Shown: positions 1 to 7,667, counted from the stretch's first letter. The stretch is DNA of 59,458 bases from Acidobacteriota bacterium (GCA_040004075.1 JBDUBP010000200.1:1-59458), one strand, 5' to 3'. Made by a program: numbers and translations. The notes: generated by a model not told the origin, from the sequence alone.

Positions 1-153
1 TCTCGTCGTTGCCGCAGACGAGGCAGGTCGCCTCGACGATGCGGCTGCCGTCCATCTCGAAGACATAGCAGGGCGTGCCGCAGTGCTGGCAGAGCAGGTA
101 ATCGACCTCCCGATCCTCCTGGGGAAGCTTCTGAGACCTCGGGACGTCGACCA
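1..153 (-). CDS. small zinc-ribbon protein, C-terminal part runs off the window edge
   Basis: Reverse-strand ATG at 153 reads MVDVPRSQKLPQEDREVDYLLCQHCGTPCYVFEMDGSRIVEATCLVCGNDE with two CxxC pairs. The frame stays open to position 1. Confidence 0.4.
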
Positions 154-203
154 TGGGGTAATTGTGCCACGGGATGAGGCGGGTGGGGACCGGACGCCGG
201 AGA

Positions 204-443
204 GGCGCTGGGCGCTGGGCGGGGAGGCGAAGGGAGGCGGAACGGCGAAGGGCGAAGGGCGAAGGGCGGAAAAACGAAAGCGCTGAATTTAGGGCCACAC
301 CTGCCCTTTTCGCGTATTCCCTTCGATTCCCGATTCCCGATTCCCGATTCCCGATTCCCGATTCCCGATTCCCGATTCCCGGTCCGACCGGGTCCGCCTT
401 CCCCCTCCCGCCTTCCGCCTCCCGTCCTCCGGGGTCGGACCTC
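204..443. repeat. composite intergenic block with 7-nt periodicity: GGCGCTG x2, GGCGAAG x3-4 (244-271), GATTCCC x8 perfect (325-380), CGCCTYC-like x5 (395-429)
   Basis: Counted directly. Positions 325-380 are exactly eight GATTCCC units. The flanking blocks keep the 7-nt register with different units. Confidence 0.9.
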
Positions 444-462
444 ATCTGTCCATCCCCCTTGC

Positions 463-468
463 TATCGT
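463..468 (+). promoter_or_regulatory. candidate -10 box TATCGT (preceded by TGc) 8 nt upstream of the rmuC ATG
   Basis: Sequence cttGcTATCGTggaagtcgATG. The same gcTATCGT string precedes the MOSC gene. ggaag could alternatively be a weak SD. Confidence 0.3.
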
Positions 469-476
469 GGAAGTCG

Positions 477-1568
477 ATGACCACTTTCACGCTCGTCCTC
501 TTCGTGGCCGTTGCGACCGCGGTCGTGGCGGCCGCGCTGGCCCTGCTCTCGCGGTCGCGCGAGGCGTCCTCGCGCCTCGAAGTCCTTCTCGCGGATTCCG
601 CGGCCGCGCGAGGCGCGTCCTCGTCGCTCGACCGGCGCTTCGACGAGCTGCGGCGCTCGGTCGAGGAACGCGTCTCCGGGGTCGAGCAGCGGCTCGTGGA
701 CGGCCAGAAAAACCTGACGGACCACCTGGGAGCGTCGGGCCGTCTCCTCCAGGACGTGGGCCAGAGGATGGGTCAGATCTACGAAGCGTCGCAGAAGATC
801 GAGAAGCTCGCCGGCGACGTGACGCGGCTCGAGGACCTCCTGAAGCCTCCGAAACTGCGCGGCGCGCTCGGCGAGGCGTTTCTCGAGCAGACCCTGCGGC
901 AGGTCCTGCCCGCCCAGGGATTCGAGATGCAGTTCCGCTTTCCCGACAACGTTGTGGTCGACGCGGCGATTTTCGTCGGGGACCGCATCGTGCCGGTCGA
1001 CAGCAAGTTTCCCCTCGAAAATTTCCGCCGCGCCCGGGAATCCGCGGAAGAGCCGGACCGCCGCCGCGCTCACCGGGATTTCGCCGCTGACGTCCGGCGG
1101 CATGTCGACGCGATTCGAACGCGCTACATCCGCCCCGAAGCCGGGACGTTCGATTTCGCCCTCATGTACATCCCCGCCGAGGCGATCTACTGCGAGATCG
1201 TGGGTGAGGAGCCCGAAGGGCAGGGGCTCGCCGACTACGCAATGGAGAGAAAGGTGTTTCCCGTCTCCCCCCGGCTTCTCTACGCGTACCTCGCGACGGT
1301 GGCGCTCGGCATGAAGGGCATGGAGCTTCAGCGCAGCGCCCTGGAGATCCAGGAGCGCCTCTCCGATCTGACCCGCCTCTGGGGACGCGTCGAGGATCCG
1401 TTCGCCAAGGTGCGCGTCCACCTCTCCAACACTCAAAAGCAGTACGACGAGGCCTCCAAGGCGCTGGGCCGCTTTTCCGAGAAGCTTTCCGGCATCGCCG
1501 AAGGCGCGGAAGAAAGCCTCGAGAAGCTGGAGACGGTCGCGTCGGTGTCGCTGTTTCCGCCAGTCTAG
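477..1568 (+). CDS. rmuC: DNA recombination protein RmuC
   Basis: N-terminal TM helix (MTTFTLVLFVAVATAVVAAALALL), a coiled-coil region, then RmuC-type core motifs (LKPPKLRGALGEAFLEQTL, VDAAIFVGDRIVPVDSKFPLENF, FALMYIPAEAIY). The ORF-track start at 162 would translate the heptamer repeats, so I use the ATG at 477. Confidence 0.85.
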   Translation: MTTFTLVLFVAVATAVVAAALALLSRSREASSRLEVLLADSAAARGASSSLDRRFDELRRSVEERVSGVEQRLVDGQKNLTDHLGASGRLLQDVGQRMGQIYEASQKIEKLAGDVTRLEDLLKPPKLRGALGEAFLEQTLRQVLPAQGFEMQFRFPDNVVVDAAIFVGDRIVPVDSKFPLENFRRARESAEEPDRRRAHRDFAADVRRHVDAIRTRYIRPEAGTFDFALMYIPAEAIYCEIVGEEPEGQGLADYAMERKVFPVSPRLLYAYLATVALGMKGMELQRSALEIQERLSDLTRLWGRVEDPFAKVRVHLSNTQKQYDEASKALGRFSEKLSGIAEGAEESLEKLETVASVSLFPPV

Positions 1569-1570
1569 GA

Positions 1571-1592
1571 GTCAGTTATCAGTTGTCAGGGT
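1571..1592 (+). repeat. heptamer array, NNNTCAG type (GTCAGTT ATCAGTT GTCAGGG), immediately after the rmuC stop
   Basis: TCAG recurs with an exact 7-nt period. The 15-nt string AGTTATCAGTTGTCA (1574-1588) is identical to 17418-17432. Confidence 0.85.
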
Positions 1593-1624
1593 CCAAAGGT
1601 CCTCGCGCCGATGAGACCTCGAAT

Positions 1625-1659
1625 CGAAAACTCAAGACTGAAAACTGAAAACTGACAAC
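1625..1659 (+). repeat. heptamer array, CTGANNN type (CGAAAAC TCAAGAC TGAAAAC TGAAAAC TGACAAC)
   Basis: Five units with an exact 7-nt period. This is the reverse-complement family of the 1571-1592 array. Confidence 0.85.
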
Positions 1660-1682
1660 GCTCTCGGCCGCCGGCCGAGAGC
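1660..1682. promoter_or_regulatory. 23-nt perfect palindrome GCTCTCGGCCG-C-CGGCCGAGAGC just upstream of the arcA -10 box (operator or hairpin)
   Basis: The reverse complement of 1660-1670 equals 1672-1682. It ends 1 nt before the TG of TGaTAGCTT. Confidence 0.4.
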
Positions 1683-1683
1683 C

Positions 1684-1692
1684 TGATAGCTT
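1684..1692 (+). promoter_or_regulatory. candidate extended -10 (TGaTAGCTT) 6 nt upstream of the arcA ATG, with no SD
   Basis: Sequence cTGaTAGCTTtcccccATG. Confidence 0.35.
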
Positions 1693-1698
1693 TCCCCC

Positions 1699-2973
1699 AT
1701 GCTCCGAGTCACGTCCGAAATCGGCAGGCTGTCCTCCGTCCTGGTGCACCTGCCGGGCCCGGAAATCGATCGCATGATCCCGGCGATGATGGAGGAGCTC
1801 CTGTTCGACGACATCCTCTATGGCGCCCGCGCGCGCGAGGAGCACCGCCGGTTCCAGCAGGTGCTCGGGTTCGTGGCCGAGGAAGTTCTGGACGCCCAGA
1901 CCCTCCTGACGCAGGTCCTCGGCATCCAGCAAAACCGCGAGGCCATTCTCGGAGATCTCGGGAGCCGCCTCGGCTGGGGACCGGACATGGACTATCGCCT
2001 GCGGGATCTCGCGCCGGCCGCGCTCGCGAGCGCGCTCGTAACCGGATTCGAGAAGCCGGAGAAGGACGTCGCAGTCTCGGCGTCCGACCTGTACTGGCTG
2101 GCTCCGATCCCGAACTGGTTCTTCCAGCGCGACCCCCTCGTCGTCGTGGGGGACCGGGCCATCCGGGCGTCGATGGCGACCGCCGCGCGGCTGCGCGAGC
2201 CCCTTCTGTCCGGCTACATCTTTCAGTACCACCCCCGCTTTGCGCGGCCGGACGGGATCTTCTGGTTCGAGGAGTTCTCGGCGGACTACGGACGCCCGAC
2301 GTCCTACGCCCGGATGCGGCCGACACTCGAAGGCGGGGACGTCCTGGTGCTCCGGGAAGACGTCCTGGCGATCGGTTACTCCGAGCGCACCGAGAAGACC
2401 ACCATCGAGAGGCTCACGGAGACGCTCAAGGCCCGGAAATCACCGGTCAAGCGCATCTTCGTCGTCGCCGTGCCGCCGGCGCGCTCGTACATGCACCTCG
2501 ACACCGTGTTCACGATGATCTCCGCGGACGAGTGCCTTCTGTACGGGCCGATGATCTGCCCCGGGGGAGCCGAAGAGGCGGACGTGTACGAGTGCGATTT
2601 GACGAAGCGGGAGGTCACGTGGACCTCCGAGAAGGACCTGCTTTCCGCCCTGAAGGGGGCGAAGATCGACCTGAAGCCGATCCGGTGCGGCGGCGAGGAC
2701 CCGATCGCGGAGCGCCGGGAGCAGTGGACGGACGGGGCGAACGCGTTCGCGATGGCGCCTGGCGTCATCCTTCTGTACGACAGGAACGTGAAGACGGTCG
2801 AAGAGCTCGCGCGCTCCGGGTACGCCGTCATCGACGAGGCGGATCTGCTCCTGGGACGATCGGAGCTCGAGCCGGGGAAGAAAGCCGTCATCCGGCTGGC
2901 CGCGCATGAGCTCTCTCGCGCCCGCGGAGGCCCGCGCTGCATGGCCATGCCGCTGGTGCGGGAGGACGTTTGA
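1699..2973 (+). CDS. arcA: arginine deiminase
   Basis: 424 aa. N-terminus is SEIGRLSSVLVHLPG. C-terminus is ELSRARGGPRCMAMPLVRE, containing the catalytic Cys motif typical of arginine deiminases. It is followed by carbamate kinase and OTC. Confidence 0.9.
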   Translation: MLRVTSEIGRLSSVLVHLPGPEIDRMIPAMMEELLFDDILYGARAREEHRRFQQVLGFVAEEVLDAQTLLTQVLGIQQNREAILGDLGSRLGWGPDMDYRLRDLAPAALASALVTGFEKPEKDVAVSASDLYWLAPIPNWFFQRDPLVVVGDRAIRASMATAARLREPLLSGYIFQYHPRFARPDGIFWFEEFSADYGRPTSYARMRPTLEGGDVLVLREDVLAIGYSERTEKTTIERLTETLKARKSPVKRIFVVAVPPARSYMHLDTVFTMISADECLLYGPMICPGGAEEADVYECDLTKREVTWTSEKDLLSALKGAKIDLKPIRCGGEDPIAERREQWTDGANAFAMAPGVILLYDRNVKTVEELARSGYAVIDEADLLLGRSELEPGKKAVIRLAAHELSRARGGPRCMAMPLVREDV

Positions 2974-2986
2974 GCCTCTCGCTCGC

Positions 2987-3961
2987 ATGACGTCCCGGTT
3001 CTTCTCCTTCGTCCGGCCGCTCGCCGTCGTCGCCTTCGGCGGGAATGCGCTCCTTCCGCCGGAGGATTCCGGGACGACATCGGACCAGCTCGCCCGCGCC
3101 CGCGAGGCGGTCCGGCGGCTGCTGCCGATCCTGGCTCGGGGGTACGAGCTCATCGTCGTCCACGGAAACGGCCCGCAGGTCGGCAACCTGCTGATTCAGG
3201 CCGACTGCGCCTCCGACCGCATCCCGCCGCAGTCGCTGGATGTCTGCGTCGCGCAGACGCAGGGCTCGATCGGCTTTCTTCTGGAGCTCGCGTTCGCCAA
3301 CGAGCTGCCCCGCGCCGGATATCGCAAGGAGGTGACGACCTTCGTGACGTCCGTGGAAGTCGATGCGGCGGACGCGGCGTTTCTGAAGCCCTCCAAGCCG
3401 ATCGGCCCGTTCTTCCCTCGCGAGCGCGCCGCGGTCCACGAGGAGATCGACGGCTGGACGATGATCGAGGACGCCGGCCGCGGCTGGCGGAAGGTGGTCG
3501 CCTCGCCGAAGCCTCGCTCCATCCGGGGCGTCGACGTGGCCGCCTCGCTCGTCAATCGGGGATACATCGTGATCGCGGCGGGGGGCGGGGGCATTCCGGT
3601 CGTCGTCACGGAAGAGGGAGACGTTCGCGGCGTCGAGGCGGTCATCGACAAGGACTACTCGGCGTCCATGCTCGCCGCGAGCCTCTCGGCCGATCTCTTC
3701 ATCATCCTGACGGGGGTCGATCGCGTCTCCCGCGACTTCGGGAAGGCCACCGAGGAGCCGCTGCCGGAGATGGATATGGCTCTGGCGCGCCGGCTGCTCG
3801 CGGAGGGACAATTTCCGCCCGGCAGCATGGGGCCTAAGATCGACGCGGCGATTCGGTATATCGAGGCGGGCGGAAGGGAAGTGCTCATCGCGCGGGCGGA
3901 ATCGCTCCCGGACGCCCTCGACGGGAAGACGGGCACGCTGATCCGGGAAAAGAGGCCATGA
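2987..3961 (+). CDS. arcC: carbamate kinase
   Basis: Motifs VVAFGGNALL, VVHGNGPQVGNLL and IAAGGGGIPVV. I use the ATG at 2987 (M28 of the track ORF) because it lies just after the arcA stop. Confidence 0.9.
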   Translation: MTSRFFSFVRPLAVVAFGGNALLPPEDSGTTSDQLARAREAVRRLLPILARGYELIVVHGNGPQVGNLLIQADCASDRIPPQSLDVCVAQTQGSIGFLLELAFANELPRAGYRKEVTTFVTSVEVDAADAAFLKPSKPIGPFFPRERAAVHEEIDGWTMIEDAGRGWRKVVASPKPRSIRGVDVAASLVNRGYIVIAAGGGGIPVVVTEEGDVRGVEAVIDKDYSASMLAASLSADLFIILTGVDRVSRDFGKATEEPLPEMDMALARRLLAEGQFPPGSMGPKIDAAIRYIEAGGREVLIARAESLPDALDGKTGTLIREKRP

Positions 3962-4887
3962 AGACCAAACGCGACTACATCAACGAGAACGACTGGGCCC
4001 CGGAGGCAATCGAGGCCATCCTCGACCTGGCGGGAAGGATGAAAGCTTCGCCCGGCGGCTATCGCGCGGCGCTCTCCGGGAAGTCTCTCGCGATGATCTT
4101 CGAGAAATCGTCGACCCGGACGCGGGTGTCGTTCGAGGCGGGGATGTTCCAGCTGGGGGGACTCGGCATGTTTCTGTCCTCGCGCGACCTCCAGCTCGGA
4201 CGAGGCGAGCCCATCGCCGACACGGCCCGCGTTCTCTCGCGCTACGCCGACGGAATCATGGCGAGGACCTACGCGCAGGCGACCGTCGAGGGTCTCGCGG
4301 AGAATGCGAGCGTCCCCGTCATCAACGGCCTGTCCGATCTCCTGCATCCCTGCCAGGCGCTCGCCGATTTCCTGACGATCCGCGAGCGCTTCGGCGGAAC
4401 GCGCGGGTTCCCGCTCTGCTACGTCGGCGACGGCAACAACGTGGCGCACAGCCTGCTCCTGACGGGCGCCAAGCTCGGAGCGCGCGTCGCCGTCGTGACG
4501 CCTCCGGGTTTCGAGCCCGCCGCGCGCATCGTCGCCTGGGCGCGCGAGACCGCCGCGAAGACCGGGGGAGCGATCCTGGTCACTCAGAGTCTCGAGGAAG
4601 GTCTGCCGGGGGCGCGCGCGGTCTATACCGATGTGTGGGCTTCCATGGGCCAGGAGAGCGAGGCGGCCGAGAGAGTTCGGCAATTCGAGGCGTTCCGTGT
4701 TACCGAGCACGTCTTTTCCATGGCCGCCTCCGACGCCATCTTCCTGCACTGTCTTCCCGCGCACCGCGGAGAGGAAGTCGACGCTGCGGTGATCGACTCC
4801 AGCCGGTCCGCCGTCTTCGACCAGGCGGAAAATCGCCTGCACGCTCAGAAGGCGCTGCTGGTCGAGCTGATGGGAGGGGCGTCCTGA
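3958..4887 (+). CDS. argF: ornithine carbamoyltransferase (catabolic context)
   Basis: Motifs SSTRTRVSFE, HPCQALAD and HCLPAHRGEEV. ATGA overlap with the arcC stop. Confidence 0.9.
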   Translation: MKTKRDYINENDWAPEAIEAILDLAGRMKASPGGYRAALSGKSLAMIFEKSSTRTRVSFEAGMFQLGGLGMFLSSRDLQLGRGEPIADTARVLSRYADGIMARTYAQATVEGLAENASVPVINGLSDLLHPCQALADFLTIRERFGGTRGFPLCYVGDGNNVAHSLLLTGAKLGARVAVVTPPGFEPAARIVAWARETAAKTGGAILVTQSLEEGLPGARAVYTDVWASMGQESEAAERVRQFEAFRVTEHVFSMAASDAIFLHCLPAHRGEEVDAAVIDSSRSAVFDQAENRLHAQKALLVELMGGAS

Positions 4888-5888
4888 ACGGAGGCGCGGG
4901 CGGAGCGGCTCGCCTGGCGACCCGGTGGTCGCGTCCCGCGGGGCTCGTCCTCGGCGCCGCGGCGCTTCTGCTCGCGCTCGCCGCCCTCATCGTCGTCGCC
5001 CGGCCGCGGCGTCAGCACGCCCAGCCGGCGGACTCCGCGCCCGGGACCGTGACGGTCGACGGAGCGGACCTCCGCAGCGAGCCGTCCGCCGGTTCGCCGG
5101 TGGTGGGAGTGCTTCCCAGCCGGACCCGGATCACGATTCTTTCGGACCGGGGCCCCTGGATCCAGGCGAAGACGTCGGGAGGCGCGACCGGGTTTCTCTC
5201 GTCGGAGAACGTCGAGCGCGACGCCGACCGTGAGGCGAGGGAGCGCCGGGCAGCCAGGATTCTGTCTTTTTCTCCCGTCTTCGGCGTCGTCGCCGAGGAC
5301 GCGACGGTCCGGCTCGCGCCCTTTCCCTTCGGCCCGCGCGCCGGGCGGCTGAAACGCGGCTCGGCCATCTCGATCTACGCGGTCGACAACGCGTATTACG
5401 CCTTTCGATCGCCCGATGCGGGTCTCGCGTTCGTCGAGTCCTCCTCGGTCGACCTGGTTCCACCGGATCCGAAAAGCCCGCCGATCGCTCCGGTCCCCTC
5501 GAAAGAGATCAAGAACGTGACCATCAACAACGTGTCCGCCGCCGTGGCGACCCGTTCGGATTCGCCCGAGGAGGAGGTGCCGGCGGGCCCCGAGGCGCCG
5601 GAGACTTCGGATGAGCCGCGTCAGCCTCCGGAGCTGCTCTCCAAGGTCAATCCCGTCTATCCTGAGGTGGCCCGGCGGGCGGGCGTCGACGGCACCGTCG
5701 TTCTGGACGTCCAGATCAGCGAGACGGGCCGGGTCGAGGACGTACAGGTGCTTCGCGGGCTTCCCCTCGGGCTCTCCGAGGCGGCGGCGGAGGCCGTGCG
5801 GCACTGGCAGTACCGCCCCGCCCGCGGACGGGCAGGCCCCGTTGCGGCGCACAAGACCGTCCGCATCGTGTTCACCTTGGGGCGGTAG
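4884..5888 (+). CDS. membrane-anchored protein with a TonB C-terminal domain (start uncertain, possibly CTG 4884)
   Basis: TM helix GLVLGAAALLLALAALIVVA, SH3-like middle region, Pro-rich linker, then a TonB-C fold signature (VNPVYPEVARRAGVDGTVVLDVQISETGRVEDVQVLRG...AAEAVRHWQYRPA). The only canonical in-frame starts are ATG 4635 (250 nt inside argF) or a GTG after the TM helix. Confidence 0.6.
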   Translation: MNGGAGGAARLATRWSRPAGLVLGAAALLLALAALIVVARPRRQHAQPADSAPGTVTVDGADLRSEPSAGSPVVGVLPSRTRITILSDRGPWIQAKTSGGATGFLSSENVERDADREARERRAARILSFSPVFGVVAEDATVRLAPFPFGPRAGRLKRGSAISIYAVDNAYYAFRSPDAGLAFVESSSVDLVPPDPKSPPIAPVPSKEIKNVTINNVSAAVATRSDSPEEEVPAGPEAPETSDEPRQPPELLSKVNPVYPEVARRAGVDGTVVLDVQISETGRVEDVQVLRGLPLGLSEAAAEAVRHWQYRPARGRAGPVAAHKTVRIVFTLGR

Positions 5889-5897
5889 GCGAGGGTA

Positions 5898-5925
5898 GTC
5901 GAGCGTCGAGGGTTGAGCGTCCGAC
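5898..5925 (+). repeat. heptamer array, GTYGAGC type (GTCGAGC GTCGAGG GTTGAGC GTCCGAC)
   Basis: Exact 7-nt period, read directly. Confidence 0.8.
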
Positions 5926-5977
5926 GACGGCTTTCTGTCTCTTCCGCCTCCCGGAACGCGCGGCGCGTTTGATCTCT

Positions 5978-5983
5978 TATAAT
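5978..5983 (+). promoter_or_regulatory. consensus -10 box TATAAT 11 nt upstream of the cyclase ATG, with no SD
   Basis: Sequence ctcTTATAATtcacgcaccccATGATG. Confidence 0.4.
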
Positions 5984-5994
5984 TCACGCACCCC

Positions 5995-7653
5995 ATGATG
6001 CAGGTGCTGTACGAGACCGAGGGCCGGCCGCAGGTCTTCAACCTCGCCAAGAACGAGGCTTCGATCGGCCGTTCGAACGAGAACGACATCGTCCTGAACG
6101 ATTTCTCCGTTTCTCGGAGGCATGCTCTCCTAAAGCGCGAGCCCGAGGGCTGGGTGGTGTACGACAACCAGTCGACCAACGGCGTCAAGGTGAACGAGCG
6201 GCTCGTTCCGAGGTCCGTCGTCATCGACGGCGATCAACTGTCGATCGGGACGTTCCAGCTGCGGCTCCGGCAGGAGATCCCCGCGGCCGCGGTCCCGGCG
6301 AAGCGGCCGCTCGATTCGACGTCGACCTGCATCCGTCCGATCTCCGAGTTCAATCTCGATTTCGGCCTCGAGAAATCCGCGGCTCTCATGCCGGAGACGA
6401 CGGATCGCAAGAAGCGGGCTGTGCTCGACGTCGCCTACAAGAACAAGGTGTTCGAGATCCTGGTGCAGGTCGCCAAGACGCTCATCTCGGCCGACGACGT
6501 CGAGACGGTCCTCGACAAGGTCATGGACTTGATCTTCGAGTACCTGCCGGTCGACCGCGGTTTCCTCCTGCTCGAGGAGAACGGCGTGCTGAAGCTGCGA
6601 GTGACGCGCATGAAGTCGTCGAGCCGCCTGACGACGGACGGCTCGGCGCCCTACTCGAGGACGATCGTCGACATGGTTGTGCGGCAGAAGGTCGCGGTGC
6701 TCACCTCGGATGCGCAGGCGGACGAGCGGTTCGAGGCGGGCATGTCGATTCGAATGCAGCAGATTCGTTCGGCCATGTGCGCTCCGCTCTGGAACCGCGA
6801 TTCCGTCATCGGCGTCATCCACGTGGATTCGCCGATCCATGTCGGGACGTTCACGGAGAAGGACCTCGACTTGCTGACCGCCCTGGCGAACTTCGCGGCC
6901 GTGGCGATCGAGCGCGCCCGTCTACACGAGCACGTCGCCGAAGAGAAGAGAATCCGCGGCCGGCTCGAACGCTACCACTCGCCCCAGGTCGTCGAGGAGA
7001 TCATCGCCGACGCTTCGGCGACGGGGTCCTTCAAGATCGCGAGAACGAAAAACGTCACGATCCTGTTCGCGGACCTCGTGGGCTTCACGTCCTGGTCCGA
7101 AAAGATGGGTCCCGATCAGCTCTCCTCGCTGCTGACGCAGTTCTTCACTCTCTCTTCCGACGCGATCTTTTCCCAGGACGGCACGATCGACAAGTTCATC
7201 GGAGACGCGGTGATGGCGTTCTTCGGGGCGCCGATCGATCAGCCGGACCACGCCGCTCGGGCCATCACCGCCGCCTTGAAGATGCGAGAGGGCGTCGCCG
7301 AGTGGAACGCGAAACGCGCCGCCAACGGGGAGCCGCCCATTCAGGTCCGGATCGCGTTGAACACGGGGGAGGCGATCGTCGGAGAGATCGGATCGGCCCG
7401 GCGCGTGGACTACACCGTACTCGGCAACGCCGTCAACGTCGCGGCCCGGATGGAGGAATTCGTCGCGGGAGCGGGCGACATCTGTATCGGTCCGGCGACC
7501 TACGAGGCCACCCGCTCCCTTTTCCGCGTCGCGCAGATGGGCCACTTCTCGCTGAAAGGCCTCTCGAGCCAGGTCCCGATGTACAAGGTGATCGAGGCCG
7601 TCTCGCCTGAGGAGACGCTCGGCGTGACCCCGGCGAGGCGCGAACGACTCTGA
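5995..7653 (+). CDS. FHA-GAF-class III adenylate/guanylate cyclase
   Basis: N-terminal FHA domain (IGRSNENDIVLNDFSVSRRHALL...STNGVKVN), central GAF domain, and C-terminal cyclase motifs (VTILFADLVGFTSWSE, KFIGDAVMAFFGAP, VRIALNTGEAIVGEIG). Confidence 0.85.
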   Translation: MMQVLYETEGRPQVFNLAKNEASIGRSNENDIVLNDFSVSRRHALLKREPEGWVVYDNQSTNGVKVNERLVPRSVVIDGDQLSIGTFQLRLRQEIPAAAVPAKRPLDSTSTCIRPISEFNLDFGLEKSAALMPETTDRKKRAVLDVAYKNKVFEILVQVAKTLISADDVETVLDKVMDLIFEYLPVDRGFLLLEENGVLKLRVTRMKSSSRLTTDGSAPYSRTIVDMVVRQKVAVLTSDAQADERFEAGMSIRMQQIRSAMCAPLWNRDSVIGVIHVDSPIHVGTFTEKDLDLLTALANFAAVAIERARLHEHVAEEKRIRGRLERYHSPQVVEEIIADASATGSFKIARTKNVTILFADLVGFTSWSEKMGPDQLSSLLTQFFTLSSDAIFSQDGTIDKFIGDAVMAFFGAPIDQPDHAARAITAALKMREGVAEWNAKRAANGEPPIQVRIALNTGEAIVGEIGSARRVDYTVLGNAVNVAARMEEFVAGAGDICIGPATYEATRSLFRVAQMGHFSLKGLSSQVPMYKVIEAVSPEETLGVTPARRERL

Positions 7654-7667
7654 CCCGCCGCCGGGCG

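Noticed and set aside
325-380. Possible CRISPR array, considered because of the regular short repeats here and at other intergenic sites.
   Set aside because: The units are 7 nt, directly tandem and without spacers. No cas genes are present.
162-476. N-terminal extension of the rmuC ORF translating the repeats ([20 protein letters not shown]).
   Set aside because: The extension is just the GATTCCC array read in frame. The ATG at 477 gives the expected RmuC N-terminal TM helix.
1699-4887. Expected an arginine/ornithine antiporter (arcD) or an ArgR/ArcR regulator within the arginine deiminase operon.
   Set aside because: No polytopic transporter or regulator gene is present. The operon is followed by a TonB-C-domain protein instead. 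This is noted as an absence only, not as a finding.
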